Source: Actinomyces sp.
Lineage (GTDB): Bacteria; Actinomycetota; Actinomycetes; Actinomycetales; Actinomycetaceae
Direction of reading: 5' to 3'
NCBI RefSeq assembly: GCF_030530635.1
Contig: NZ_JAUMUL010000001.1
Coordinates: forward strand, 72,548 to 136,547
DNA length: 64,000 bases
The translations under genes were made by a program, and so were the position numbers. Of the stretch, positions 39,760 to 49,004 are shown piece by piece (position 1 is the first letter of the stretch; every line of letters starts with the position of its first letter). The notes beneath the pieces are model-generated. The model did not search any database and was not told the origin of the DNA. It saw only the letters and a program-made list of their open reading frames with translations.

Positions 39760-40530
39760 ATGACCGACACGATCGCCGAGCCGCGGACCGGTTCCCCTGC
39801 CGACGTCGACGACGTACTACTCGAACTGCGGCACGTGTCCAAGATCTACGGCGACCTCCACGCCGTCGACGATCTCAGCCTGACGGTGCCGCGTGGGCAG
39901 TGGCTGTCCGTGGTCGGCTCCTCCGGCTCTGGCAAGACCACCTTGATGAACATCATTGGCTGCATGGACACCCCCACCCGCGGTTCGGTGCTCCTGGGCG
40001 GGCGCGAACTGGGTCGGCTCAACGCCGCCCAGCTGACCGACATCCGCAAGCATGTGATCGGCCTGGTCTTTCAACAGTTTCACCTCATTGCGCACCTGAG
40101 CGCCATTGAGAACGTGATGGTCGCCCAGTACTACCACTCCATGACCGACCGGGAGGAGGCGCTGGCGGCCCTGGACAACGTCGGCCTGGCCGACCGCGCC
40201 CACCACCTGCCTTCGCAGCTGTCCGGTGGTGAGCAGCAGCGTGTGTGCATTGCTCGGGCACTGATCAACCATCCTCAACTGGTGCTCGCCGACGAGCCTA
40301 CCGGCAACCTGGACGAGGCCAACGAGCAACTGGTCCTGGATATATTCTCCCGCCTGCACGAGGCCGGCACCACCCTGATCGTGGTCACCCACGACGCCCA
40401 CGTGGCCTCCTGCGGGCAACGGCAGATCCTGCTCAACCACGGACGACTGGTAGGGGAGAAGCTCAACACCCCGGGTGTGGCACACCGGGACCGTGACATG
40501 CTCGACTTCGGGCAGGAGGAACCCGCATGA
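39760..40530 (+). CDS. ABC transporter ATP-binding protein (MacB/LolD-like; FetD-like).
   Basis: Walker A GSSGSGKTT, signature LSGGEQQRV and Walker B LVLADEPTGNLD. Confidence 0.85.
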   Translation: MTDTIAEPRTGSPADVDDVLLELRHVSKIYGDLHAVDDLSLTVPRGQWLSVVGSSGSGKTTLMNIIGCMDTPTRGSVLLGGRELGRLNAAQLTDIRKHVIGLVFQQFHLIAHLSAIENVMVAQYYHSMTDREEALAALDNVGLADRAHHLPSQLSGGEQQRVCIARALINHPQLVLADEPTGNLDEANEQLVLDIFSRLHEAGTTLIVVTHDAHVASCGQRQILLNHGRLVGEKLNTPGVAHRDRDMLDFGQEEPA

Positions 40531-41087
40531 ATCGACTTCAGTCCGTTCCACACCCGCACACGCCGCCGACCACTGCGGCCCGCCGGGCACTGGCGGCCGC
40601 CGGAGCGGTGCTGGCTGTCTCCCCACTGGCGGGCTGCGGCGGCGGAGAGGCTGTGCCCGCTCAGGACGACTACGCCGGACGCGCCCAGACCCACAATCCG
40701 ACGGCCCTGGCCACCGCCTCCGTGGAGGCTCCCGTCGGCTCCGCCACGCCCACCGGCGGGCCGTACGCGGATGGGGAGTACACCGCCAGCGAGTCCTACG
40801 GGGTGGTCGACGGGGTCGTGGAGGAGGACTCCATCGACGTCACCGTTAGTCTCAAGGGCGGCTTCATCACCGACGTGTCGGTTACCGGTCATGCCCTGAC
40901 CGGCACCTCCAAGAACTACATCGCGGGATTCGTGGAGGAGATCGGTGACGCGGTGGTCGGCCGCAGCATTGAGGACGCCCACGTGACCGCCCTGGCCGGT
41001 GCCTCTAAGACCTCGGCGGCCTTCAACGAAGCCGTCGACGCCATCGCTGCGCAGGCCGCCTCTACCTCTCCCACCTCCGCGCCCTGA
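40527..41087 (+). CDS. FMN-binding-domain lipoprotein; a predicted ApbE flavinylation substrate.
   Basis: Lipobox (LAGCGG) and an FMN_bind fold (GEYTASESYG...IDVTVSLKGGFITDVSV...). The covalent-FMN motif position reads VTALAGASKTS, a variant of DxxSGAT. Confidence 0.65.
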   Translation: MNRLQSVPHPHTPPTTAARRALAAAGAVLAVSPLAGCGGGEAVPAQDDYAGRAQTHNPTALATASVEAPVGSATPTGGPYADGEYTASESYGVVDGVVEEDSIDVTVSLKGGFITDVSVTGHALTGTSKNYIAGFVEEIGDAVVGRSIEDAHVTALAGASKTSAAFNEAVDAIAAQAASTSPTSAP

Positions 41088-41174
41088 CCGTGCGGGATCC
41101 GTCAGTGCCGGCGGCCGACTCACTGTCCGTGAAGCGCCATGGGCAAGGGCCGAATCGCCGGTTAGGCTGGGGCC

Positions 41175-41648
41175 ATGCCGCAGTTCGGATCAGCCAGCGC
41201 CGCCGACGCCCCCGCCGCCCCGGCGCCGGTCGACGTCGACCGCATCATGGACTGCGTGCGCCGTCTGGGGCTGCGTTTCTTCCTCGACGATGAGGGCGAT
41301 ATCGGGATCCCTTGGCGCTACGTCACCGTACATGCCATCTTCCAGGGTGAACGCGCCCTGCAGCTGCGTGGTGTCTGGCATCGTATAGCAGACACCGAGC
41401 ATCTGGTCGATCTACGGCGCCTGGCGGAGGACTGGAACTCCACCCGTATCGGACCGAAGGCTTACCTGACGATCGCCGACGGCGGAGTGGTGCGTCTGCA
41501 CGGGGAGGTCACCTACCCGCTGGGTGCCGGTATGACCGACGCCCAGCTGGAGGACTTCATATTCACCGGCTGCCGCCTGATCGTCGCCCTCATGCGGGAG
41601 GCGGAGGACGTCTTCCCCGATCCCATCCGCGGAAGACTCGATCCGTGA
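41175..41648 (+). CDS. YbjN-like domain protein (putative sensory-transduction/T3SS-chaperone-like fold).
   Basis: 157 aa, with weak recalled similarity to the YbjN family. The next gene is a paralog. Confidence 0.4.
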   Translation: MPQFGSASAADAPAAPAPVDVDRIMDCVRRLGLRFFLDDEGDIGIPWRYVTVHAIFQGERALQLRGVWHRIADTEHLVDLRRLAEDWNSTRIGPKAYLTIADGGVVRLHGEVTYPLGAGMTDAQLEDFIFTGCRLIVALMREAEDVFPDPIRGRLDP

Positions 41649-42340
41649 GCCGCCGCCCGGGTCGGCGGTGGACCGATTTCATCGCCCGACTGTTCGCCAA
41701 GTCGTGGGAGCCGCGTGTCCCCGGCGGCCAGGAGGCTTCGGCAGGTGGTGACCAGGCACGAGACGGCGGCCGTCGGCTGCGGCGGCCCAGGCCGGTGGAG
41801 CTGTCAGATTTCGACATCGACTACCCGGAGCGGTCTGTTGCCGATCCGGATTGGGCGGAGTCGATTTCACCGGATGGCGGCCACTTCGCCGCACCCACCC
41901 GCCCGGACGGTGAACTGACCGCTCCGTTGACGCTTGACCGGATTGAGGCCATGCTCACCGGCCCCATGGGCTATGCGGTGCGCCGTCACCGCGATGCGGA
42001 TCACGTCTGCCTGCTGGGCACCTGGGACGGTTACCCATTCGTCATCGAGATCCCCGAGGGGCACGAGGACTGGCTGCTGGTCTCCGGTGATTGGGACAAG
42101 CCGGCTCCCGGAGGTGAGCGTGATGAGCTGGCCGCCTCCGTCAACGACTGGAATCGCGACAAGTACTTCCCGACCGTCGCCCTGGTGGACACCCCGGCCG
42201 GCCCCTTGGTGCGCGCCACCTATCTGGTGGGGATGCGGCCCGGCGTGACCGACGCCCAGTTGCGGCTGCATCTGGATACGGCCCTGTCCGCCTGCACCCA
42301 GGCGCTCAGCCAGATCGGGCCCCTGCTGCCCGAGCTATGA
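41645..42340 (+). CDS. YbjN-like domain protein, with an N-terminal Arg-rich extension.
   Basis: 231 aa, overlapping the previous stop. It shares the ...HVCLLGTWDGYPFVIEIPE.../...RYVTVHAIFQGE... pattern type with its neighbour. Confidence 0.4.
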   Translation: MSRRPGRRWTDFIARLFAKSWEPRVPGGQEASAGGDQARDGGRRLRRPRPVELSDFDIDYPERSVADPDWAESISPDGGHFAAPTRPDGELTAPLTLDRIEAMLTGPMGYAVRRHRDADHVCLLGTWDGYPFVIEIPEGHEDWLLVSGDWDKPAPGGERDELAASVNDWNRDKYFPTVALVDTPAGPLVRATYLVGMRPGVTDAQLRLHLDTALSACTQALSQIGPLLPEL

Positions 42341-42384
42341 GCGCGGCGCAGCAGTTCGGGGGTGTCGGCCCCCGATCCGGGGGG

Positions 42385-43398
42385 ATGAGGACGACACCGG
42401 AGCAGGTCGTATCGCCGTCGGGGAACGGAGTGACCGGGCCGGTGCAGGTGGCCGTGGTCGGTCCCACCGCCGCGGGCAAGTCCGAACTCGCTCTGGACTT
42501 GGCCGACGCCCTGGGCGGCCGGGCCGAAATGGTTAATGCCGACGCCTTCCAGCTATACCGGGGCATGGATATCGGGACCGCCAAGCTCGCCGTCTTGGAG
42601 CGGCGCGGTTACCCCCACCACCAACTCGACGTGCTGGATGTGCACCAGGAGGCGAACGTAGCCTCCTACCAGCACCATGCCCGTGCCGACCTGCGAGCCA
42701 TCGGCTCCCGCGGCAATCGGGCATTCATCGTGGGCGGCTCCGGACTGTACGTACGCGCCGTCACCGACGCCCTGGACTTCCCCGGCACGGATCCAGACCT
42801 GCGCGCCGCCTTGGACTCTCGCGCGCAACGGGAGGGCACTGCCGCACTGTGGGAGGAGTTGCGGCGCGTGGACCCCGTCGCCGCTGAACGCATTGACACC
42901 GCGAACACGCGCCGTATCGTGCGGGCCCTGGAGGTGGTTGAACTCACCGGCCGCCCCTTCTCCGCCTCGCTGCCCCGCTACGCCGACCTGACCCCCACCG
43001 TGCACCTAGCGCTGCGCTGGGACCGCGCCGTCTTGGACGAACGTATCGGGGCTCGCGCCGAGGCCATGTTTGCCTCCGGATTATTGGAGGAGACCGAGTT
43101 GCTCCTGGCTCGCGGCCTGCGGGAGGGGCCAACCGCTCCGCGTGCCATCGGCTATGCCCAGGCCATGGCCGTCCTCGACGGGCGCCTAACGGTGCCGGAG
43201 GCGATTGCCGACACTGCCGCCGCTACCCGCAAACTGGCCTCCCGGCAGCTCAAGTGGTTTCGCCGCGACCCGCGTGTGCACTGGCTCGACGCCGCAGCCT
43301 CCGACTCCGGCTGGGCGCCGGGGGAGCGCCGACGCGTGGTCGAGCAGGCCGCCCGACTGGTGCGGGCGGCCGACCGGCACGGACCAGCGGGACCGTGA
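42385..43398 (+). CDS. miaA: tRNA dimethylallyltransferase.
   Basis: P-loop VAVVGPTAAGKSELALDLA followed by MVNADAFQLYRGMDIGTAK. Start taken at MRTTP; the track ORF begins at 42337. Confidence 0.85.
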   Translation: MRTTPEQVVSPSGNGVTGPVQVAVVGPTAAGKSELALDLADALGGRAEMVNADAFQLYRGMDIGTAKLAVLERRGYPHHQLDVLDVHQEANVASYQHHARADLRAIGSRGNRAFIVGGSGLYVRAVTDALDFPGTDPDLRAALDSRAQREGTAALWEELRRVDPVAAERIDTANTRRIVRALEVVELTGRPFSASLPRYADLTPTVHLALRWDRAVLDERIGARAEAMFASGLLEETELLLARGLREGPTAPRAIGYAQAMAVLDGRLTVPEAIADTAAATRKLASRQLKWFRRDPRVHWLDAAASDSGWAPGERRRVVEQAARLVRAADRHGPAGP

Positions 43399-43446
43399 CC
43401 ACCTCGGTTAGACATCGGCTGGGCGAATAGGCAATAGGGTGGCCCC

Positions 43447-44412
43447 ATGACCATCGCCCCCGGCCTGGCCGGCCGTACCCTCATCAAGGGCCACGCCGCC
43501 GGTAATGACTTTCTGCTGTTGATCGACGCCGAACGGGCCACCGCCGTCACCGCCGGTGAGGTCGCCGCCGTCTGCGACCGGCGTACGGGCCTGGGGGCCG
43601 ATGGCCTGGTGCGATTGACCCGAACCGCCGCTCTGCCCGGCACCGAGCACTTCCGGGCCACCGTCCCCGAGGCCGAGTGGTTCCTGGACTACTACCAGTC
43701 CGACGGCGCCCCGGTAGTCGGCGCGGGTGCGGCCTACGGCGCCGCCTGCCTGGTGCTGGCCGCCGTCCTGGACGCGGAGGGTCTCGAGCCGCTCACCGAC
43801 GGCGCCTCGACCACGATCGGCACACGTGGCGGCGCCCGCACCGTCACCCGCCTGGGTGGACTGTGGGCCGTGGACGTCGGGCGGGCCCGGCGGGCCGAGC
43901 TGGATGGGCCGGCCGCCGATGCGGTCCGCGAGGGTTGGGACACCCTGGTGCGCATCCCCGGGCTTGAGGAGGAGCGGGCGGCTCTCAGCCTGGATCTGCC
44001 CGGTCGGCATGCCGTTGTAGCTCTGGGCCTTAAGGCGGAGTTCGACGCCGCCGAACTGGGACCAGCCGGTGCAGGACGAACCCCTGTCTACACGCCCGCG
44101 CCGAATGCGGAGACGACCCTGGTGCTGACGGTTCCGCTGGGGGAGCACGCCGATACGGTGACCGGTGAGCGGGTGGGCAGGGCGCGAGTGCGAGTACTGG
44201 CGCCCGACAAGGTCCGGGCCGGTGTCGAGGCCTGCTGCGCCGCGGCGGTGGCCCTGCACGAGTGGAGCGGGGCCGGTGCTCCTGCCGACTACCTGCTGAG
44301 CCCGCCCGGAGGCGAGGTCGGCGTGCATGTGGGCGCCGACCCCCTGGCGCAGGGTGGTGCCCTGCTTGCGACCGCCCCGGTGGAACTGGTCGGTCGGATC
44401 ACGCTCATCTGA
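43447..44412 (+). CDS. dapF: Diaminopimelate epimerase.
   Basis: N-terminal KGHAAGNDFLLLID motif, two-domain length (321 aa) and the conserved miaA-dapF adjacency. Confidence 0.8.
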   Translation: MTIAPGLAGRTLIKGHAAGNDFLLLIDAERATAVTAGEVAAVCDRRTGLGADGLVRLTRTAALPGTEHFRATVPEAEWFLDYYQSDGAPVVGAGAAYGAACLVLAAVLDAEGLEPLTDGASTTIGTRGGARTVTRLGGLWAVDVGRARRAELDGPAADAVREGWDTLVRIPGLEEERAALSLDLPGRHAVVALGLKAEFDAAELGPAGAGRTPVYTPAPNAETTLVLTVPLGEHADTVTGERVGRARVRVLAPDKVRAGVEACCAAAVALHEWSGAGAPADYLLSPPGGEVGVHVGADPLAQGGALLATAPVELVGRITLI

Positions 44413-44625
44413 GCGGAGCCGGGTACCGCGGCGGCATGACGCGATAATCCTGACAAATGCCTATAAGGATAGGCTTCAGTCGCTCTGATGCCTATCAACA
44501 GGATTCGCTAGGAAGATTCGTATGGACACACCGTCTCAAAGACTATAGCCGTGGCGGTCTGCGCCCCGTAGGCTGGGGCGGTGTCCGTAGCGTACGGGCA
44601 CACCCGAAAACGGGAGGGAATCCAC

Positions 44626-45918
44626 GTGGCACGCAGCGCCGAGAGCGTCGACCTACTCAAGTGCTCCTTCTGCGGCAAGAGTCAGAAGCAGGTCAAGAAG
44701 CTCATCGCGGGACCCGGGGTCTACATCTGCGATGAGTGCATCGAGCTGTGCAACGAGATCATTGATGAGGAGTTGGGCGCCTCCAGCTCCGGTGTCCCGC
44801 TCGAACTGCCCAAGCCGCAGGAGATATTCGACTTCCTCAACCAGTACGTCATCGGCCAGGAGGAAGCCAAACGGGCCATGAGCGTGGCCGTGTACAACCA
44901 CTACAAGCGCGTGCAGATGCGTGAGCGTGCCGTGGCCGAGGGGGATGGGCTGGAGTTGGGCAAGTCCAACATCCTCCTGCTGGGCCCCACTGGCACCGGT
45001 AAGACCCACCTGGCCCGCACCCTCGCCCGTCTGCTCGACGTACCCTTCGCCATCGTCGACGCCACCGCCCTGACCGAGGCCGGCTATGTGGGCGAGGATG
45101 TGGAGAACATCCTGCTCAAGCTCATTCAGGCCGCCGACGGTGATGTCAAGCGTGCCGAGAAGGGCATCATCTACATCGACGAGATCGACAAGATCGGTCG
45201 CAAGGCCGAGAACCCGTCCATCACCAGGGACGTCTCCGGTGAGGGCGTGCAGCAGGCGCTGCTGAAGATCATTGAGGGCACCACCGCCTCCGTGCCGCCG
45301 GGCGGCGGGCGCAAGCACCCTCATCAGGAGTTCCTGGAGATCGACACCACGAACATCCTGTTCATTGCCGCCGGCGCCTTCTCCGGTATTGAGGAGATTG
45401 TCCGCCAGCGCCGGCGTCGTGAGGCCGGTGCGCAGGTAGTCGGCTTCGGTGCGACCCTGGCCAAGGACCACAACCAGGATGTGTTCGCCACGCCGGTGCG
45501 TCCGGAGGATCTGCACAAGTTCGGGTTGATCCCCGAGTTCATTGGTCGCCTGCCGGTGATCGCCACCGTTCACGACCTGGGTGTGCCCGAGTTGGTACGG
45601 GTGATGACGGAGCCGAAGAACGCCCTGCTCACCCAGTACGAGTACCTGTTCAGCCTCGACGGGGTCGAACTGGTTCTCACCGACGAGGCCATTGAAGCAA
45701 TCGCCTCCCTCGCCCTGGAGCGCAAGACCGGCGCTCGGGGGCTGACCAGCATTGTGGAGGAGGTGCTCGGCCAGGCCATGTTCGAGGTTCCCTCCATGCC
45801 GGAGGTCGGTCGGGTCGTCGTCGACGCCGACGCCGTGCGCGGCAGCGGCAGCCCCCGTTACGAGCACGGCAGCGGCACCCTGTCGGCCACCTCCAAGGGC
45901 AGGACCCGCTCGGCATGA
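44626..45918 (+). CDS. clpX: ATP-dependent Clp protease ATP-binding subunit ClpX.
   Basis: GTG start at 44626 with RBS GGGAGGGAA. C4 zinc-binding domain ([37 protein letters not shown]) and an AAA+ Walker A ([15 protein letters not shown]). There is no adjacent clpP. Confidence 0.9.
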   Translation: MARSAESVDLLKCSFCGKSQKQVKKLIAGPGVYICDECIELCNEIIDEELGASSSGVPLELPKPQEIFDFLNQYVIGQEEAKRAMSVAVYNHYKRVQMRERAVAEGDGLELGKSNILLLGPTGTGKTHLARTLARLLDVPFAIVDATALTEAGYVGEDVENILLKLIQAADGDVKRAEKGIIYIDEIDKIGRKAENPSITRDVSGEGVQQALLKIIEGTTASVPPGGGRKHPHQEFLEIDTTNILFIAAGAFSGIEEIVRQRRRREAGAQVVGFGATLAKDHNQDVFATPVRPEDLHKFGLIPEFIGRLPVIATVHDLGVPELVRVMTEPKNALLTQYEYLFSLDGVELVLTDEAIEAIASLALERKTGARGLTSIVEEVLGQAMFEVPSMPEVGRVVVDADAVRGSGSPRYEHGSGTLSATSKGRTRSA

Positions 45919-46247
45919 GTGCTGCCGACCCTCAGGTCCCGCCACAGCTGGCCGCCTACCGCGCCACCATCGACAACCTCGACGCCGCCCTCATACACCT
46001 ACTGGCCGAGCGCTTCCGCTGCACCCGTCAGGTGGGCCGCCTCAAGGCGGACCTGCGCCTGCCGCCCTCGGACCCGGTGCGTGAGGAGCAGCAGGTGGCC
46101 CGCCTGCGGGCACTGGCCGAGGAGGCCGGCCTGGATCCGGTGTTCGCGGAGAAGTTCTTCGCTTTCATTGTGGCCGAGGTGATCCGCCACCACGAGGCGA
46201 TCCGGGAAGGCGCTATCGAAGATCTACACGCTGATCCGCGCGTTTGA
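45915..46247 (+). CDS. Chorismate mutase, AroQ class (intracellular, about 110 aa).
   Basis: ATG overlaps the clpX stop. The helical CM fold segment [31 protein letters not shown] is recognisable. Confidence 0.7.
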   Translation: MSAADPQVPPQLAAYRATIDNLDAALIHLLAERFRCTRQVGRLKADLRLPPSDPVREEQQVARLRALAEEAGLDPVFAEKFFAFIVAEVIRHHEAIREGAIEDLHADPRV

Positions 46248-46857
46248 TAATCCCGGCGTCGTGGGTAGCGACGAGAATCGCCGCCGATGCGTTGCTCCAC
46301 GCGTCAATAGCGTTGATGACCAGCGATGTCAGTTCTTCATCTGCACCCGCGGTGGGTTCGTCCAGGATGACCAAGCGGGGGTTGTCCATGAGGAGTGTGC
46401 GTGCGAGGGCCACGCGCATCCGTTCCCCGCCGCTGAGTAGGCCTGCGCGGTGACTGACTAGGTGAGTGATTTCGGCCCTGGCCAGGGCCTCGGATGCTCG
46501 TGGCTTGCGTTGACGCCGAGGAATCCCCAGAGCCCACGCCGCGTGCCGGAGTGTGGCGTCTACGGTCCACGAATCCTCTAGTAGGAGCCTCTGGGGCTGA
46601 AGGACGATCGTGGTGCGGTGTGACCGCCTGATGTCGCGCGGCCTCATGTGGGTGGAGGCGACGCCATCGATGGCAACGGTTCCTGTGAAGTCCAGGTCGT
46701 ACAGGCCCAGGCACCAGGCCGCGGTGGTCTTTCCGGAGCCGTTGGGTCCGGTGAGTGCGGTGATGCTCCCTTCTGTGAGGGACAGGTCTAGGCTATCGAT
46801 GAGAATGCGCCCGCCTCTGGCAATGGTTAGACCTTCGACGGTTAGTGTGTCAGCCAT
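46213..46857 (-). CDS. ABC transporter ATP-binding protein on the lower-GC island.
   Basis: Walker A GPNGSGKTT, signature LSGGERMRV and Walker B LVILDEPTAGAD. Its 3' end overlaps the chorismate mutase 3' end convergently by 35 nt. Confidence 0.8.
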   Translation of the reverse strand: MADTLTVEGLTIARGGRILIDSLDLSLTEGSITALTGPNGSGKTTAAWCLGLYDLDFTGTVAIDGVASTHMRPRDIRRSHRTTIVLQPQRLLLEDSWTVDATLRHAAWALGIPRRQRKPRASEALARAEITHLVSHRAGLLSGGERMRVALARTLLMDNPRLVILDEPTAGADEELTSLVINAIDAWSNASAAILVATHDAGIIKRADQRVDLR

Positions 46858-47581
46858 AGTGAGTGGGCCTCCTGCGGCGGGGAGTGACGGGGCGGGTACT
46901 GGTGTGCCGGCTGCCGACGAGGACGGCTACGACGAGTGCGACTGCGCATGCCGCCTGGGTGATGAGTAGCTCATTACTGGGCTGGACCAGAAGGGGCCGG
47001 GCAAGGATGAGCAGGGGCACAGCAACGAGGATCGCTGTGAGACAGTGCTCGGTCAACCGACGCTGACCCAGTAGGCGAGAGATCTCACGCCTGCGCCTGC
47101 GGGACTGTGCCCAGGCGCGTGCCGCGAGTCCCGTGCTGATGACGGCGCCAATGGCCGAGGAGAGAAGGATGAGGACGTGCAGAGCCATCGTCCTGGTCGT
47201 CTGTTCTATAAGAGCAGTATCACCGAATCCCACCGTGTCGAGGCGGGCCACAAGGTCCTCTACCTGATGCTCACGAAGGTATTCGCGCATATCAGTTACG
47301 GATTTTTCGGTGAATACCGCCGCGCCCTGGGTAATAGCGGAAACATAGTTGTCGGGGGAGAAGAAGCCGTCGGGAACGACTGCGATTAGGCAATCATCGC
47401 TCTGGATGCCTTCAGCGCTTAGGAAGTAGCTGACGCCGGGAAGATTGGCTGGCAGTGTGCCACTTATGTCCTCTTGGTTGCGCATGACCGCGGTGATCGC
47501 GTCACCGGTTGCGCCAAGCTGTGCATTGAAGCGCGCCTCTTGTTCGAGTCTGCGGGCATGGACAATGTCTTTTCCTGCCAA
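46850..47581 (-). CDS. FtsX-like permease, C-terminal half (extracytoplasmic domain plus 3 TM); either a separate gene or the distal part of a split permease.
   Basis: Soluble domain followed by 3 TM segments, overlapping the ATPase start by 8 nt. GC is about 57%. Confidence 0.45.
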   Translation of the reverse strand: MAGKDIVHARRLEQEARFNAQLGATGDAITAVMRNQEDISGTLPANLPGVSYFLSAEGIQSDDCLIAVVPDGFFSPDNYVSAITQGAAVFTEKSVTDMREYLREHQVEDLVARLDTVGFGDTALIEQTTRTMALHVLILLSSAIGAVISTGLAARAWAQSRRRRREISRLLGQRRLTEHCLTAILVAVPLLILARPLLVQPSNELLITQAACAVALVVAVLVGSRHTSTRPVTPRRRRPTHYG

Positions 47582-47678
47582 TGCCCTAGGACGGTACAGG
47601 ACGACCTCGCCATCGTTGACGGCAGGCAGTCCGTAATGTAATGCAGCGGTGTTGTTGAGATAGAGGGTGGGTGGACCG

Positions 47679-48839
47679 CTACCATCCGGGGTGGAAGCGA
47701 TCGGGGATCGCCCAGGCGAGAAGCAGGCGGTGCTCTTTCTGTGCTTGCGTGATGAGAGAGGTCAATTGGGGTGTCTTGATGTTAAAAGCATGCTCGCTTA
47801 CGGACCAGAGGCCGAGCGAGGTGGCGTGAGGGAGGGACTGTTGGGCCTGCGCCTGATTTCGCATGGCCTGCGCCTGGAGGGCGTTGTTGATGAGAGTGGT
47901 GCTAGCGGTTGAGAACGACCATGTCATTACGACGGCGAGCACGTAGATGGTGAGGGCGACCCCGTGACGTGGATACGCCGCTCCGCCGGGTCGACGCAGA
48001 GACTCGGCGGAGACAATGGCCCAGCCCGCTAGACTACCCACGAGGGTCATTCCTACACCCAGCACAGCGGACCAGACGATCAGCTCGGCGGTCATGCGAT
48101 GGATGCTTAGAACCACGGAGGAGTAGATGTCGTAAGCCACGATGAGGCCGACCAGTGCGAGGGGTAGCACTAGCCACCGGCATGCCATGAGGAGATTTCG
48201 TCTTAGTAGGTCAAGCGCCAGGTGCAGGTGAGAACTCCCCAGTACCCTAGCGTATCTGTACGATTCCGTCTGATGGGCTGCGACGAGAGCGAGTACAACC
48301 GCAAGGACCACTTGGGCTAGGAATAAACTATGGCCTAGCTCGGAATCGGCGGCGGTTGACAATATCAGGCCTCGATCTAAAATCTTGGATACTCTGACTT
48401 TATCCCCCCAATGGGCTTCCATCCGGTTGATGAACCGGTTGACATTGTCGGCTGAGCCGATGGCGTACCACCCGCCCAAGGCGTCCTGCTGAGTTGTGCT
48501 GCCGCTGTACACGATGGATTCTGGCAGAAAGATTGACCCCAGCGGGGGGCGGATATAGTCATCAGGCTCGTGGCCGATGATCTCGACAGAGGTCGTCGAG
48601 ATTGGGGTTGAGCCGACAAATTCGTCAAACTCGGTGCTGTGGCGTACCTGGGCGACCTCGACTCTCGTCTGCTTGGCGAGCTGTTCGATCTGTTCTGGAT
48701 GGATACCGGTTTCACCAATGATTACGTAGCCGGTGGCTTCAGCGGGGAATTCATAAATTATACTCTGCGGAACTAGAAGGACCATAGCCAGGCAGAGCGC
48801 TAGATTGAGTGCCCAGGTGGCGCGGAGAAGCTTTTTCAT
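47679..48839 (-). CDS. FtsX-like permease, N-terminal half (TM1, about 200-aa extracytoplasmic domain, TM2-4).
   Basis: MKKLLRATWALNLALCLAMVLL leader/TM, a 200-aa soluble domain and three TM segments. A 97-nt gap separates it from the next ORF. Confidence 0.45.
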   Translation of the reverse strand: MKKLLRATWALNLALCLAMVLLVPQSIIYEFPAEATGYVIIGETGIHPEQIEQLAKQTRVEVAQVRHSTEFDEFVGSTPISTTSVEIIGHEPDDYIRPPLGSIFLPESIVYSGSTTQQDALGGWYAIGSADNVNRFINRMEAHWGDKVRVSKILDRGLILSTAADSELGHSLFLAQVVLAVVLALVAAHQTESYRYARVLGSSHLHLALDLLRRNLLMACRWLVLPLALVGLIVAYDIYSSVVLSIHRMTAELIVWSAVLGVGMTLVGSLAGWAIVSAESLRRPGGAAYPRHGVALTIYVLAVVMTWSFSTASTTLINNALQAQAMRNQAQAQQSLPHATSLGLWSVSEHAFNIKTPQLTSLITQAQKEHRLLLAWAIPDRFHPGW

Positions 48840-49004
48840 AGTGTGTTGTGATGTTCTCGGCGGTAGTTTGGTTAGGGAAACCTGATGTTGATTAATCCTA
48901 CCTGGTGTCTGGTGTCTGATGTCTGACCGTCGGTCACGGCATTATTGCGGTTGGGAGTGATTGTCGTGGGAGCAGATGCCGGTACGATCTGTGGTCCTGA
49001 CGCC

